Assembly (NCBI GenBank): GCA_965644315.1
Contig: CBFFRQ010000075.1
Coordinates: forward strand, 1-64,000
Source: Caecitellus pseudoparvulus
Lineage: Eukaryota > Protista > Bigyra: Bicosoecida
Reading direction: 5' to 3'
DNA: 64,000 nucleotides
Position numbers and translations under genes: made by a program. Positions 1 to 10,332 of the stretch are shown piece after piece (the first letter of the stretch is position 1; every line of letters starts with the position of its first letter). The notes under the pieces were generated by a model. That model was not told where the DNA came from. It searched no databases and worked only from the letters and a program-made list of their open reading frames with translations.

Positions 1-1
1 T

Positions 2-1495
2 TGCCCCGGCTGCTTGGCCCCCACGGCCCCTGGGGCGAAGTTCTGCGGTGGCTGCGGCAGGGCTCAAGGCGCCTCGTCCCCTGCTTCGGCCCCTGTCCCA
101 CCCCCCTCCACCGGCGTGGCGTCTGGCACGGATTTGGGGCGCCAGTCCTCCATGCCCCAGGCACGGCCTCGGGTGGAGCACCCAGACACGGGGGCCGCCC
201 CCTCCTCCCACACACCGCCTGCCAGCTCCAGCAGCGCCCACTCCGCAGTGCCGCCGCCGCTTCCCGGTCGTGCACAGGCGCCGGCACCCGTTCGGTCCAC
301 GTCCGCAGCCCGGCGCCGGGGGGGGGCTGGCCCAGGCTACCGAGCTGGCAGCCGCAGCCGGTCGTCAGCCCGCAGCCGTAGCAGCAGCCGCAGCAGCAGC
401 CGGCCCAGCAGCACACACGCCGGAGTGTCCCGTGAGTCCAGCGCGCCTGCAGCGGCCACATCCAGCTCCACGGCGGGCGGCTTGAATGCGTACTTGGCCA
501 GCAAGCGCGCTGCCGCTGCGCGGGAGGCGGCCTCGGCGGCAGCACAGTCCGAGGCGTGGAAGAGCATGGGGGAGGAGGACCGGCGGCGGAGGGCGGAGGC
601 TGCGCGGCGGACTGGGCGGCGGAGGGCTGGCGCTGGGCGGGGCACGCGGGCGGCGGCGGGGGGCGGCGTGCCCCTGCCATCCACCACTGCCGGCGGCGTC
701 ATGAGCCGCTTGCGGGTGCGCAGCGCCAGCACCAGCAAGGAGGGTGCGTCTCCCCTGGTCACTCCCGTTGCCACCCCTGCCGAGACCCCAGCTCCAGCTC
801 CAGCGCCAGCCCCAGCACACGCACCAGCACCAGCACCTGCCCCAGCACCTGCTGAGGCCGCCGCCCCAGCCAGTGCCAGCGGAGGTGAGGGCGAGGGCGG
901 GCCGTGGATCCGGGCAGTGAACGAGGAGGGTGTGGAGTACTGGTGGCATGTGGAGACGCGTGCGACGCGGTGGCAGCGACCGGATGCGGCGACTGCCGCT
1001 GCGCTGGAGGCACGGCTGGCCAGTGAGCGGCAGGCGACACAGGCCCGCGCGACAGCCCGGCTAGCAGAGATGAAGGCAGCTGCTGAGGATGCAGCGCTGC
1101 GTGAAGAGACACGGGCAGCGGTGGCGGGGGAGGTGGCGGCGGCAGTGGGTGAGTGGACTGCTGGGGCGGGGTACGGCGGCAAGGTGAAGGGCCTCAGCGG
1201 CGGGCAGCTGGTGAGCACACTGGCGGCCCTGCTGCGGTCCCTGCACACGCTGCCGTTCCTGCAGCGCGCGGGGGGCATGCAGGAGGGGCAGGCGTACCCC
1301 TTCGCGAGCAAGCTGGGCGGCGGGCAGGTCACGGCGAGCACTGTGAACAAGGCGTACTTGAAGGCGCTGCGTTTCGTGCACCCAGACAAGCTGCCGCCAG
1401 GAGACGGCGCGTCGATGCAGATGCGCTTGATGAGCCAGGCGGCGTTTGACACGCTGGCCACGCTGCACCAGGCCATGCGTGCTGCGCAGGGCTGA
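2..1495 (+). CDS. Zinc-ribbon + WW + auxilin-type DnaJ (J-domain) protein, 5'-partial
   Basis: The frame from nt 2 reads CPGCLAPTAPGAKFCGGCG (zinc ribbon). It has a WW domain (PWIRAVNEEGVEYWWHVETRATRWQRP) and a C-terminal VNKAYLKALRFVHPDKL (auxilin-like J domain with HPD). Confidence 0.8.
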   Translation, partial: CPGCLAPTAPGAKFCGGCGRAQGASSPASAPVPPPSTGVASGTDLGRQSSMPQARPRVEHPDTGAAPSSHTPPASSSSAHSAVPPPLPGRAQAPAPVRSTSAARRRGGAGPGYRAGSRSRSSARSRSSSRSSSRPSSTHAGVSRESSAPAAATSSSTAGGLNAYLASKRAAAAREAASAAAQSEAWKSMGEEDRRRRAEAARRTGRRRAGAGRGTRAAAGGGVPLPSTTAGGVMSRLRVRSASTSKEGASPLVTPVATPAETPAPAPAPAPAHAPAPAPAPAPAEAAAPASASGGEGEGGPWIRAVNEEGVEYWWHVETRATRWQRPDAATAAALEARLASERQATQARATARLAEMKAAAEDAALREETRAAVAGEVAAAVGEWTAGAGYGGKVKGLSGGQLVSTLAALLRSLHTLPFLQRAGGMQEGQAYPFASKLGGGQVTASTVNKAYLKALRFVHPDKLPPGDGASMQMRLMSQAAFDTLATLHQAMRAAQG

Positions 1496-1695
1496 GGCGG
1501 CGGGCGGGCAAATTCACGACACTCGCACGAGCGCACGCGCTGCAGCGAGGCAAGGGCTTGCACTGAGCTCCCTGCATTCGAGCAACAGGCTGCTGCCTGC
1601 ACCGCGGCACGTGGTGGGAGCGCTGCACGCCCACTTGGCGCCGGCGTGCGTGGCAGTGGCGTGTGTGCTGTGTAACTCCACGCACTCGTTGGAGC

Positions 1696-2682
1696 ATGGG
1701 GTGCTTTGCGTCCACGGCAGCAGGTGAGGAAGGTGCGTGAGCGCTGCGCGCTGCAAGCACCCTCTGCGTGCGTCGTGGCGTGGGCGAGGCACTGGCGTGC
1801 CCGGCGTGGTTTGTGCAGGCGCAGCTGCCGCCCCTCGGGCTGGTGGCAGGGGGCGTGTTGGGGCGACGCCGGACCCTGAGCGGCCTGGCCGAACAGGGGG
1901 GCCGTACCTGGCCACAGCAGGGCCTGTGCGTGCGCCGGAACCGTGGGACTTCGAGCGCCCCATCACGCTGGAGGAGCTGGACCGCTTGCGAGTGGTGCGT
2001 GCGCGTGGCGTGGCGTTTCACCTGCGTGTCGCTTGCCACCACGCCGTGCGCCGCCCGCCCTGGACACGCGCAGGAGTACTGGGAGAGCCTCCTGACGGGG
2101 TCCAATCAAAGCCGGGAAACCATCCGTGTCGCAGCAGACTGCGCCATGACGGGGGACTACGACAGCGCCACGGCCATCTTGCAGGCAGTGGACTTCCGGA
2201 CTGCCGGCACGCTGGCGGTGGTGTGGGACAGCCGCGGCAACCAGTACAACCTGCCCACGTACGTGTACAGCCGCCCCCGCAACGTGCTGTCTGCTGAGGA
2301 GGCGGCGGCCATGCACAGGCAGGTGCAGGCGCACGTGGGGCCGGTGGTGGATGTGCCGGTGGTGGTGCGCCTGAGCAGCTCCAAGACGACGCTGGAGCAA
2401 GACATCCCCCTCACCCTGCGGTCGGACAACACCATCAGCGAGGTGAAGGGCGCGCTGCACGAGGAGCTGCTCACGGGCTCCCACGACAAGAAGGAGGGCA
2501 GTGACAACACGTGGGCGGGGGTGGGCCTGCCGCCAGCCCGCCAGCGCGTCATTTACAATGGGCGGGAGATGGTGGATGGGCACCACCTGCAGCAGTGCGG
2601 CGTCGCGCCGGGCAGCTTCCTGCAGGTGTTCATCCGCATGCCCCTGCACCCCGCTGCGGGGGGGCAGGGCGCTGCCTCGTGA
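1696..2682 (+). CDS. Ubiquitin domain-containing protein (UBTD1/2, DC-UbP family)
   Basis: ATG 1696 (MGCFAS, acylation-type N-terminus); introns at about 1724-1818 and 1995-2073. The UBD-like segment ITLEELDRLRV-EYWESL..VWDSRGNQYNLPTY is followed by a ubiquitin-like domain (TISEVK..RQRVIYNGR..FLQV). Confidence 0.8.
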
Positions 2683-2760
2683 CGTGGGGCTCCGCCAGCG
2701 GAGGGGGTGGGGCGTGCCCACTGCAATGCATGGTGATGAATTGAGAAGGAGGGGGGGGGT

Positions 2761-5700
2761 CTATTGACCGCCCCCTGCCCCTCGCCCACTGCGTGTGCGC
2801 TTGGGCGTGGGGCTGGCCGGCCCAGAGCCCTCTGCGGGTCGCTTGTGCCCGCCCGTGCGCTGTGCCGCTAGGCGCTCCGCCCGGCTGAGGAGGTGCAGGG
2901 GGAGGGGTGCGCGGGGCTTGGGGGGGGGGCGCTCGGGCTTGTTGCGTGCCCTGCGCTCCGCCTCGGCCAGGCGCTTTTTCAGCGCCACGTTCACAGCGTC
3001 GTGGGCGGTGGAGAAGGCCTGGTCCCGCAGGTCGGGGGAAGTGCAGTCGCCCCCCAGCCAGTCGTCGTGTGTGCCGTCGTCGTAGTACCAGGACAGGTGT
3101 GAGAGGGGGTACCGCCCCACCCGCCGGGCAGGCGTCTTGACTGTGATGCGCAGGGGCCGGAGAGGGGAGGGGCCGTCCCCACTGCCCTCCTCCTGGGCGG
3201 AGCCGCCCCCCCCCGGTGACTGGCCGGGCGGCGGCGAGGTGGGTGGCTGGGCGATGTACTCCTGGGCCGTGTCGCCGCCCTCTGCTAGGGCAGCTGCCCT
3301 GGCAGGGAAGGTGTCCCACGCGCTCTGGGGGCGCAGCCAGCGCTTGCCAGAGACGGGGTGGGGGGGCATGGACAGGGGGGAGGGGGGCCCTCGCAGGTTG
3401 TCCAGGGGGGGGTTCAGCACCGACACCTTGGCGGGGCCGGGTGTCGTGGGCGGCGGGCTGGAGCCGGGGGCGGCGGAGGGCGGCGGACTGGAGGGGGCAG
3501 CCATGCCCCCTCGCCGGCCCATGGAGCCACCCCCCGCAGCGGGCACGGCCGGCGTGATGGGGGAGGGGCAAGGGGACCCGCCGCCAGCTGCGCGGAGGTC
3601 CTGGATGTCCACTGGCGCACAGGCCACGGCGGTCCAGCGGGGGATGGGCTTGTCGCGGGGCCCCTCCACTGCCACCCGGCCCAGGTCTCGGAACACGGGC
3701 GTGTACACGTCCAGCATGGTGCGGCCGAGGGGGGTGCCGGCGGGGGCACCCTCCGGCTCCGGCCCCGCACAGGGTGTGGGCGGGGGGGGCTCCTGGGGCG
3801 CCGGCAAGGGCGCAGCGCCGGCCCCCCCCACGAGGGAGTGTGCTGCCTGGCGCAGCGTGTGTGGCGCCAGGCTGAGCGGCGTGGCCTCCACCTGCGTCCC
3901 GCGGCGGGAGGGCTGGTAGGGCTGCAGGGACACGGCGAGGAGGGGGGAGGAGGCGGGGCCTGTGGCGGCAGCGGCGGCGGCGGCGGCGGCGCCCTGTGGC
4001 GAGGAGCTCTTGGGCATGGGCGCGAAGACCATGATGTTGGACATGGCACCGGCAGTGCCGTGCACGGTGGCGGCGTGGGGCGGCGCCGACAGTGCCGAGG
4101 CGCCCCCCGTGCTGTCTTGCCCGCTCATGGCGCTGTCTGCGTCGTCCTGGTCACCCCCGCTGGGCGGGGAAGCGGTGGGCGGCGGGCGGCGGGCGGCCGG
4201 TGCGGACTGAGAGGGGCGGGGCGCCGCCCCCTGCGCGGCGGCGCCGGGTGCCTCCCCACCCGCTGCCGCCGCGGCATGCAGCGCTTCCTGCCGCCGCATG
4301 GCGTCTGCCAGCAGCTCCCTGTGCAGGGCCTGGTCCTCAGTCACCTCGTGCTCGCCCAGCTCGGGCGGCACGTACATGAGGCGGCGGGGGCGCCCTGTGG
4401 GCGTCAGGGCCGGGGGCACCCACAGCATGACCAGGCCGCCGTCCAGGGAGGCGCTGGCGACACGGGCACGGGTGGCCACGGCGCGCGCGAAGGTCGCGGC
4501 GACGCCCGCGTCCAGCGGCTCCACCATGATGCTGGGCAGGTCGGCGCGGGGGCTGGTCTCGGGCAGCTGAGGCGGCGGCGCGAAGGCAGAGGGTGCCCGG
4601 CCCGGCGTGAAGCCGACAGGGCTGGCTCGCCCCCCCACTGCCGCCTGAGTGCTGGTGTTGGAGGCCAGGGCGGCGCCGGCCCCCCGCGTGGCGGCGGCGG
4701 CCACCTGCACCAGGTCCTCGCTGGAGCTGCTGCGCAGGAGGTGCAGGGGAACAGGGATGGGGGAGGAGGCGGAGGGGGAGGGGGAGGCTGCACCGCCTGT
4801 GGCGGACAGCGCCAGCGCCGCGACAGCTGCGAGCTTGTCATTGGGTGAGTCCCCCGCTGAGGGGGAGGAGGGGGAGGAGGGCCGCTGGCTGGGCGTGTCT
4901 TGGGCGCTGCTGCTGGGCGTGTGGGTGGTGGCGCCGGGGCTGGCGGGGGGCGCGGACGCCGCCCCCTCCACTGGGTCCACCCCCTCCTGGAAGCGGCAGA
5001 GGAGGTCCTCCAGGGTGATGGGGTGGGTGGTGGGGGGCGGCGCCGCGGCCAGGCGCGTGGCGGCGTGCGTGTCTGCGACGATGGCGCCCAGCATGGCCTT
5101 ACCGCGGGCCAGGGGGGAGGTGGAGTGCCCCACCAGGCGCGAGACGAGGGAGGGCCGGTCGAAGGGCGGCACCAGCACGCCCACCACGCGGCGGGCCAGG
5201 GCAGCATCCGGCAGGTCCTGCACAGGAGACCCTGCCGGCAGCGCCCTGCGCATGGCAGGCAGGAGCCCCGACCCCAGCACCCACTGCTGAGCGCGGCGGG
5301 TGGCTGCGTCGTACCGGTGCCGGGCGGCGCGGACAGCGCCTGCCACGCTGGCGAGGGAGGGCAGGCGGGGGGCGTTGGGCGCCGCCACTGGCAGGGAGGG
5401 CGGGTTGGCCAGGGGGGCAGGCGGCACGAACAGGTGGGCGTTGAGGGGGGACACCAGCGCCCCCGTGGGGCAGGCGGCAGAGCCCAGGATGCAGGCCAGG
5501 TCACGGGTGCTGGCAGGCGGCAGGGGCAGGCCACTCGCCTCGGCCAGCACGGTGTCTGAGGTGGGCGTGTGGGTGTGCGAGGCGCGTGGCTGGGCGGGGG
5601 GTGCCGCCGGCCCTGCAGCTGCCGTGGCCGTGCCGGCATCCCCCCCTGCTCCTGCAGCTGACGCAGCGGCCAGGGCGGCGGCGATAGCTTCGTCTTCCCG

Positions 5701-6903
5701 GGGCAGGCCCAGGCTGTCCACGACGGAGGGCACGCGGGAGAGGTTGAGGAGGACACTGGGGCCGCTGGAGGCCCCCCCCCGCACTCCTGCGAGGGCGGGG
5801 GACGCCTTGTTCCCCCGCGAGCGCGGTGTGGCGGGCATGGCCGGCAGCGCCACAGAGGTGTCCAGCATGGCCAGGTGCGAGCCCTCCTCGCCGTCCAGGG
5901 CCACCAGGCGTGTGTTGGGCGGCGGTGGGTGTGCCACGGCGGCTAGCAAGCTGCCGTCTTCTTCGTGGTTGCCGCCAGGGTCGCTGGTGGCGTCGGAGCG
6001 GTGGGCGGGGGAGGGAGGGTGGGAGGGCCCCCCTGCTGCGGAGGCCTCCTCGCCGTCCTGCCCGCCCACCTTGACGCACTTGAGTGGCGCTGGCGCCGAG
6101 GAAGCCTGCGAGGCGGCGGCGGCGGCGACGTGGTGGGCGCGCCAGCCAGGCTTGACACGAGTGCACGTGTGACCCACCTGCACGCCAGGCGCTTGCACTG
6201 CAAGGAGGCCCACCAGCCCCAGCAGCTCAATGCCTGTGATGATGTCCACTTGCGTCAGCCTGGCTCGAGCATACTTGGCAGCCACATGCACCTGGTCGTG
6301 CAGCGTCGGCAACGGCGTTGGGCCTGCGCAATACTTGGTGTTCAGGGGCAGTGCAGCAGGGGCGAGGGCGCCAAGCGGGCGCGGCCAGCAGGGCTCCGCG
6401 CCACCCCACGCACCATTAAGCAATGCAGCTATCACCCACTTGCCAATCAAGGCAATGCTGGTGCAGGCGGAGGCGGGCGCGCTGTGCGGCACCGCAAGGT
6501 TGCCCCCCCTGCGCCGAGCAGTTGCGGAGCTTGCTGCAGCTGCCACGGCCTCGTGGGCAGCTTGCAGGCTGCCACGGCCGCCACGCGCCGCGTCTTCCCT
6601 CCACTCGCCGTCAAAGGCAGCCACAAACGCCCGAGCCCGCTGCCGGGGCACCACTCGGAAGAGCGCCCGCCGCATGCGCCGCACGTGCAAGGCTGCTGCC
6701 AGGGGGCTTGCTGACGGCAGCACCACCCCAGCCGCACTGGCGTGGCTGGCCACCTCGGAGGGCAGCCCTTGCAGGGCGCCGTCCGTGGCCTCCTCCGTCA
6801 CCGCGCGGTGGTGCAGCGCATGTGCGAGCTTGTCCACGCTGCTGGGCACACTCAGCAGCGACTGCACGTGCTGCTTCACGCTGTGGGTGGCGAAGGCCTC
6901 CAT
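2761..6903 (-). CDS. Large hypothetical protein (~1380 aa, Ala/Pro-rich)
   Basis: Uninterrupted 4.2-kb ORF, probable ATG at 6903 (MEAFATHSVK). No family recognised. It may be spliced to the upstream Rossmann-like gene. Confidence 0.6.
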   Translation of the reverse strand: MEAFATHSVKQHVQSLLSVPSSVDKLAHALHHRAVTEEATDGALQGLPSEVASHASAAGVVLPSASPLAAALHVRRMRRALFRVVPRQRARAFVAAFDGEWREDAARGGRGSLQAAHEAVAAAASSATARRRGGNLAVPHSAPASACTSIALIGKWVIAALLNGAWGGAEPCWPRPLGALAPAALPLNTKYCAGPTPLPTLHDQVHVAAKYARARLTQVDIITGIELLGLVGLLAVQAPGVQVGHTCTRVKPGWRAHHVAAAAASQASSAPAPLKCVKVGGQDGEEASAAGGPSHPPSPAHRSDATSDPGGNHEEDGSLLAAVAHPPPPNTRLVALDGEEGSHLAMLDTSVALPAMPATPRSRGNKASPALAGVRGGASSGPSVLLNLSRVPSVVDSLGLPREDEAIAAALAAASAAGAGGDAGTATAAAGPAAPPAQPRASHTHTPTSDTVLAEASGLPLPPASTRDLACILGSAACPTGALVSPLNAHLFVPPAPLANPPSLPVAAPNAPRLPSLASVAGAVRAARHRYDAATRRAQQWVLGSGLLPAMRRALPAGSPVQDLPDAALARRVVGVLVPPFDRPSLVSRLVGHSTSPLARGKAMLGAIVADTHAATRLAAAPPPTTHPITLEDLLCRFQEGVDPVEGAASAPPASPGATTHTPSSSAQDTPSQRPSSPSSPSAGDSPNDKLAAVAALALSATGGAASPSPSASSPIPVPLHLLRSSSSEDLVQVAAAATRGAGAALASNTSTQAAVGGRASPVGFTPGRAPSAFAPPPQLPETSPRADLPSIMVEPLDAGVAATFARAVATRARVASASLDGGLVMLWVPPALTPTGRPRRLMYVPPELGEHEVTEDQALHRELLADAMRRQEALHAAAAAGGEAPGAAAQGAAPRPSQSAPAARRPPPTASPPSGGDQDDADSAMSGQDSTGGASALSAPPHAATVHGTAGAMSNIMVFAPMPKSSSPQGAAAAAAAAATGPASSPLLAVSLQPYQPSRRGTQVEATPLSLAPHTLRQAAHSLVGGAGAAPLPAPQEPPPPTPCAGPEPEGAPAGTPLGRTMLDVYTPVFRDLGRVAVEGPRDKPIPRWTAVACAPVDIQDLRAAGGGSPCPSPITPAVPAAGGGSMGRRGGMAAPSSPPPSAAPGSSPPPTTPGPAKVSVLNPPLDNLRGPPSPLSMPPHPVSGKRWLRPQSAWDTFPARAAALAEGGDTAQEYIAQPPTSPPPGQSPGGGGSAQEEGSGDGPSPLRPLRITVKTPARRVGRYPLSHLSWYYDDGTHDDWLGGDCTSPDLRDQAFSTAHDAVNVALKKRLAEAERRARNKPERPPPKPRAPLPLHLLSRAERLAAQRTGGHKRPAEGSGPASPTPKRTRSGRGAGGGQ

Positions 6904-7029
6904 GGCGCGCGGCAGCGGGGTGTGCGTGCTGGCCGTGCCTGGAGCTGCAGCACAGCAACGTTGACGTACATTTCTCAGCATTCGCAACACACGCCGCCGG
7001 CGCAATTGTGGCGGCCTCCCGGCACTGCC

Positions 7030-8244
7030 TCACGGCCCCTCCTCCTCCTCCCCCCCGCCGCCCTCCACTGCCTCCCGCAACGCCGCTTCTATGTCCTGCA
7101 CGGTGCCGTCTGGCGCAGGCACGGCGGTGCTGGCGCTGGGGCTCAGCCCACTGAACGTCGCCACCGTCTCCGCCTGCTGCACCGTGCCGCCCTGCGCCAG
7201 GCACGTGCCTGCCCCCGCCACCGACGCTGATGAGAGCAGGGCGCCCAGGCTGTGGGCGTGGGGGGTGGAGGCGCCTGCTGCTGCTATGCCAGGCTCGCCT
7301 TGCTGCTGCAGGGTGGCCACCACCTCGGCTGGCGGCGGAGTCCAGGGCGCGGCAGGGTCTGACACGGACACGGTGCCCATCACGGAGCTGTCGTGGGCGG
7401 CAGGGGTGTCCGCCGGCAGACTGGCCTGGCCAGCGGCAGCCAGGGGCGCGCCGACCGAGTGTGTCTGCCGGCCACAGCACCCCCACACTGCGGGGCACTT
7501 GCCCGCCGTGCAGTAGTCACACCACCAGCTGGGCGGCATGGCGTCGTCCTGGCCAAGCCCCGTGGAGGCGCTGGTGTACAGGAAGCGCTGAGTGCCCTGC
7601 GCCGCCGCAGCTGCGCCAACTGTGTACCCATGCAGGTCCATCAAATGCCTGCGCAGGGTGGCGTCTGCTTGGCGCATGTCCACCACGCCCACTTGCGGGT
7701 CAAACGCGCCGCAGTTGAACACGAGCAAGTCAAAGGGGGAGCCGCCGCTCGCTTCAGTCAGCAGCTCTGCTGCCCGCGCTTCGTCTTGCAACACGCCCGT
7801 GTCTCGCAGCGGCACGACTTTAATTGTTCCACGCGTCTTTCTGCGGGAGGGGGTGGTGGGCAGCCGTCACGGGTGGTGATGCCAGCCAAGGGTACTTGCC
7901 CCAGCGTTTCTGGACGCGTTTCAGCACAACACCTCAGCACACATCAGGCAGGACGCCGGCGCAACGGGGCACCACCTCTGCACCACGATGCGGCACAGAG
8001 CCACACACTGACATGCACGGCCCGGCACTCACGTGGGATCGGAAGAGGGCACCTCTCCTGCCTCTTCAAGCGGCGGTGCGAGGGATGGCACACCTTCTCC
8101 TTCGACGAGCGCGACGTAGGCCACGTTCACGCCTTGGGAAAGCAGCGCCCTCACGTTCTGGTCCTTGAAATCTGATCCTCCGAAGATAACGGCACTCTGG
8201 ATGCGCCGGCCTGCCGCGAGGGCAGCGCGGGACGCCGTCAACAT
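7030..8244 (-). CDS. Degenerate NAD(P)-binding Rossmann-fold (SDR/epimerase/NmrA-like) protein
   Basis: ATG 8244. A phase-2 GTGAGT...CCCGCAG intron (about 8031-7841) joins the two ORFs in frame. The pattern SAVIFGGSDF..VRALLSQGVNV..IKVVP..FDLLVFNCG..RFLYTSAS resembles an extended-SDR N-terminus. Confidence 0.5.
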
Positions 8245-8478
8245 GCCTGCTAACAGGGTCGTCTGACCTTCGCAACGCAAGTTGCCGCGATGGTCAGTGC
8301 TTGCCGGGGCGGGCGAAAAACCAGCTCAAGACGCTCCCGTGCAGCACGATAGACTGAGTGAAAGACTCAAAGTGCGTGTATTCGACGAGATTCCAGGCGC
8401 TAGTACCTTCGATTTGAAGCGGCGGCCGCGCTGCCTGCCTGCGCCCACTGCGCCGTGGCACAAAGGGGGAGGGCTGCC

Positions 8479-9129
8479 TCAGCCCAGGCGCCCCGGGCGT
8501 GCACGAGACACCTTCCTCCGTGCCTCCCGACTGTCCTCTGCCCCAGCCAAGTCCACATCCTCATCGTCGCCCACCACTGCTTCATCCACCCCCGGCCGCC
8601 CAGCGCTTCGTGCTGCAGACGCCGCCGCCGCCGCCTCCGCCACGTCCTGTGCGTGCTGGGGCGTCAGGTGGGCGTTCTTCACCTGCAGCTCCTGGGCGAT
8701 CTGCTGCCTGACGTTCTGCCCCGGCGGCCGCGTCATCATCGCGTACACATCCCGCAAGAGGGAGGCGGGGTCGGAGCCGCCCGTCACGGGGACAGGGGCG
8801 GCGTACCGGGGGTCCCGCAGGTCTGGCGCGGGAATGGTCCCGCCGTTCAAATACGCTGCCTGGGATGGCGCACTGGTGTGCCCTGCGGCAGCCTGGGCTG
8901 CCCGAGCCGCCTCGGCGGCCCGCTCCTGCTCCACGGCAGCTTTCGCTGCAGCCAGCCGCGCCTCTGCAAGGGGGGAGGCAAGGGTGGGTGCAGGGGCGGA
9001 GGTGGCGGGGGTGGGGCAGTGCGCTGCCGTACCTGTTCGTGCTGCCATCTCAGCCTGCATGCTGCTCAACAAGGAGATGGCTGCAGGCGTGCCGCTGCCC
9101 CCCCCGCTTCCTGCGGAATTTGTGCTCAT
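8479..9129 (-). CDS. Hypothetical protein
   Basis: ORF with ATG at 9129 (MSTNSAG) and coding-like composition. No family recognised. Confidence 0.5.
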   Translation of the reverse strand: MSTNSAGSGGGSGTPAAISLLSSMQAEMAARTGTAAHCPTPATSAPAPTLASPLAEARLAAAKAAVEQERAAEAARAAQAAAGHTSAPSQAAYLNGGTIPAPDLRDPRYAAPVPVTGGSDPASLLRDVYAMMTRPPGQNVRQQIAQELQVKNAHLTPQHAQDVAEAAAAASAARSAGRPGVDEAVVGDDEDVDLAGAEDSREARRKVSRARPGRLG

Positions 9130-9269
9130 GCTCACTCTGCCGAAGTGGTCTGTGCTGCCTGCCGGCCGGGCAAGGGCAGAGCGCAGGCGGCATGCGAGTG
9201 CCAGCATGCTACACCATACACTGCACCAGCCATGCTCGGTTCTGACGTCGGTCTCAGTTGTGGCAGGCA

Positions 9270-10076
9270 CTACCAAGTGTCCAGCGACACGCCGGCACGC
9301 TGCAGGTGCAGGTCGGCCGCCGGCACGCTCTGCAGCATCCACCCTGCCAAGGTGAGCGTCTGTTCATCCTGGCTCATGCAGGCCTGCCAAGGCCCTGCAG
9401 CCTGCACCTCCTCGGCACTGCCCTCCATGACGGCGGCCGGCGGCGCCAGCCCTCGCTCCTGCAGCAGTTGCCGGGCCTGGTACACGCCCATACCCAGCGC
9501 CACCCCCACGTTCAAACTCTGCACCATGCCACACTGCGGCAGGTGCCAGAGGGCGTCTGCCTCCCTCCGCGCGTACTTCGTCGTCCCCCTGTGTTCATTC
9601 CCGAACACCAGCGCCAGGGGAGCCAGCGGCAGCGGCGACGTCCCGTCAGCAGGCACCTGCAGGGCCCCTTCCAGGGCGCTGTGCAGGGGCGTGGAGCCGG
9701 GGTCCAGGGCTGACGCCAAGATGGTGGTGCGGGCCTGCCGCAAGGCCTCGTAGCAGGCCATGATGTGCGGGTGATGCACGACGTGCAGCCACTTCATGGA
9801 GCCACGCTGGGCCGTGGCCACGAGGGAGTGCCCCTCCACATCCCGGGGCAGGGGCAGGAAGGTGGCGTGGGGGGACACCACGTGCACTGTGTGCACTCCC
9901 ATTGCGTCGGCCGTGCGCAGGCACGCCGCGGCGTTGGCTGGGTTGGACATGTTTTCCAGCACGATGTGCAGGCTGGCCAGACGGCACGCCAGCACACGCT
10001 TCATCTTCGCGAGCCGTGCGGCAGAGAGCTGGCTCCCCAACACCTGCACCACGCGGTGTGCTTCTGACAGCATCAT
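9270..10076 (-). CDS. SpoU/TrmH-family tRNA/rRNA 2'-O-methyltransferase (SPOUT)
   Basis: SPOUT motifs: IVLENMSNPANAAACLRTADAMG, LALVFGNEHRG, LPQCGMVQSLNVGVA. Confidence 0.9.
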   Translation of the reverse strand: MMLSEAHRVVQVLGSQLSAARLAKMKRVLACRLASLHIVLENMSNPANAAACLRTADAMGVHTVHVVSPHATFLPLPRDVEGHSLVATAQRGSMKWLHVVHHPHIMACYEALRQARTTILASALDPGSTPLHSALEGALQVPADGTSPLPLAPLALVFGNEHRGTTKYARREADALWHLPQCGMVQSLNVGVALGMGVYQARQLLQERGLAPPAAVMEGSAEEVQAAGPWQACMSQDEQTLTLAGWMLQSVPAADLHLQRAGVSLDTW

Positions 10077-10332
10077 CGCAGTGTGTCTTGGCCGTGGCTG
10101 CGCCCCCTATTGCAAGCTGTGCTTGGGAAACCTGTGTCCAAGATCGGCAGGGTGTGTGCGGAAATTGCTTCCACACACAAACACGCCTGCTTCCAAATCA
10201 CACGGCAACAGGCGACCCCCGGGTCCACCTGAGCAGTGCCATGTGCATGTGCCAAGGTCGCGCATCGCTCACGGATTTCCCCGGCCGCGACAATTGAGCA
10301 GGGCTGCGTGCTACTGCAGTGCAGGATCAGCC

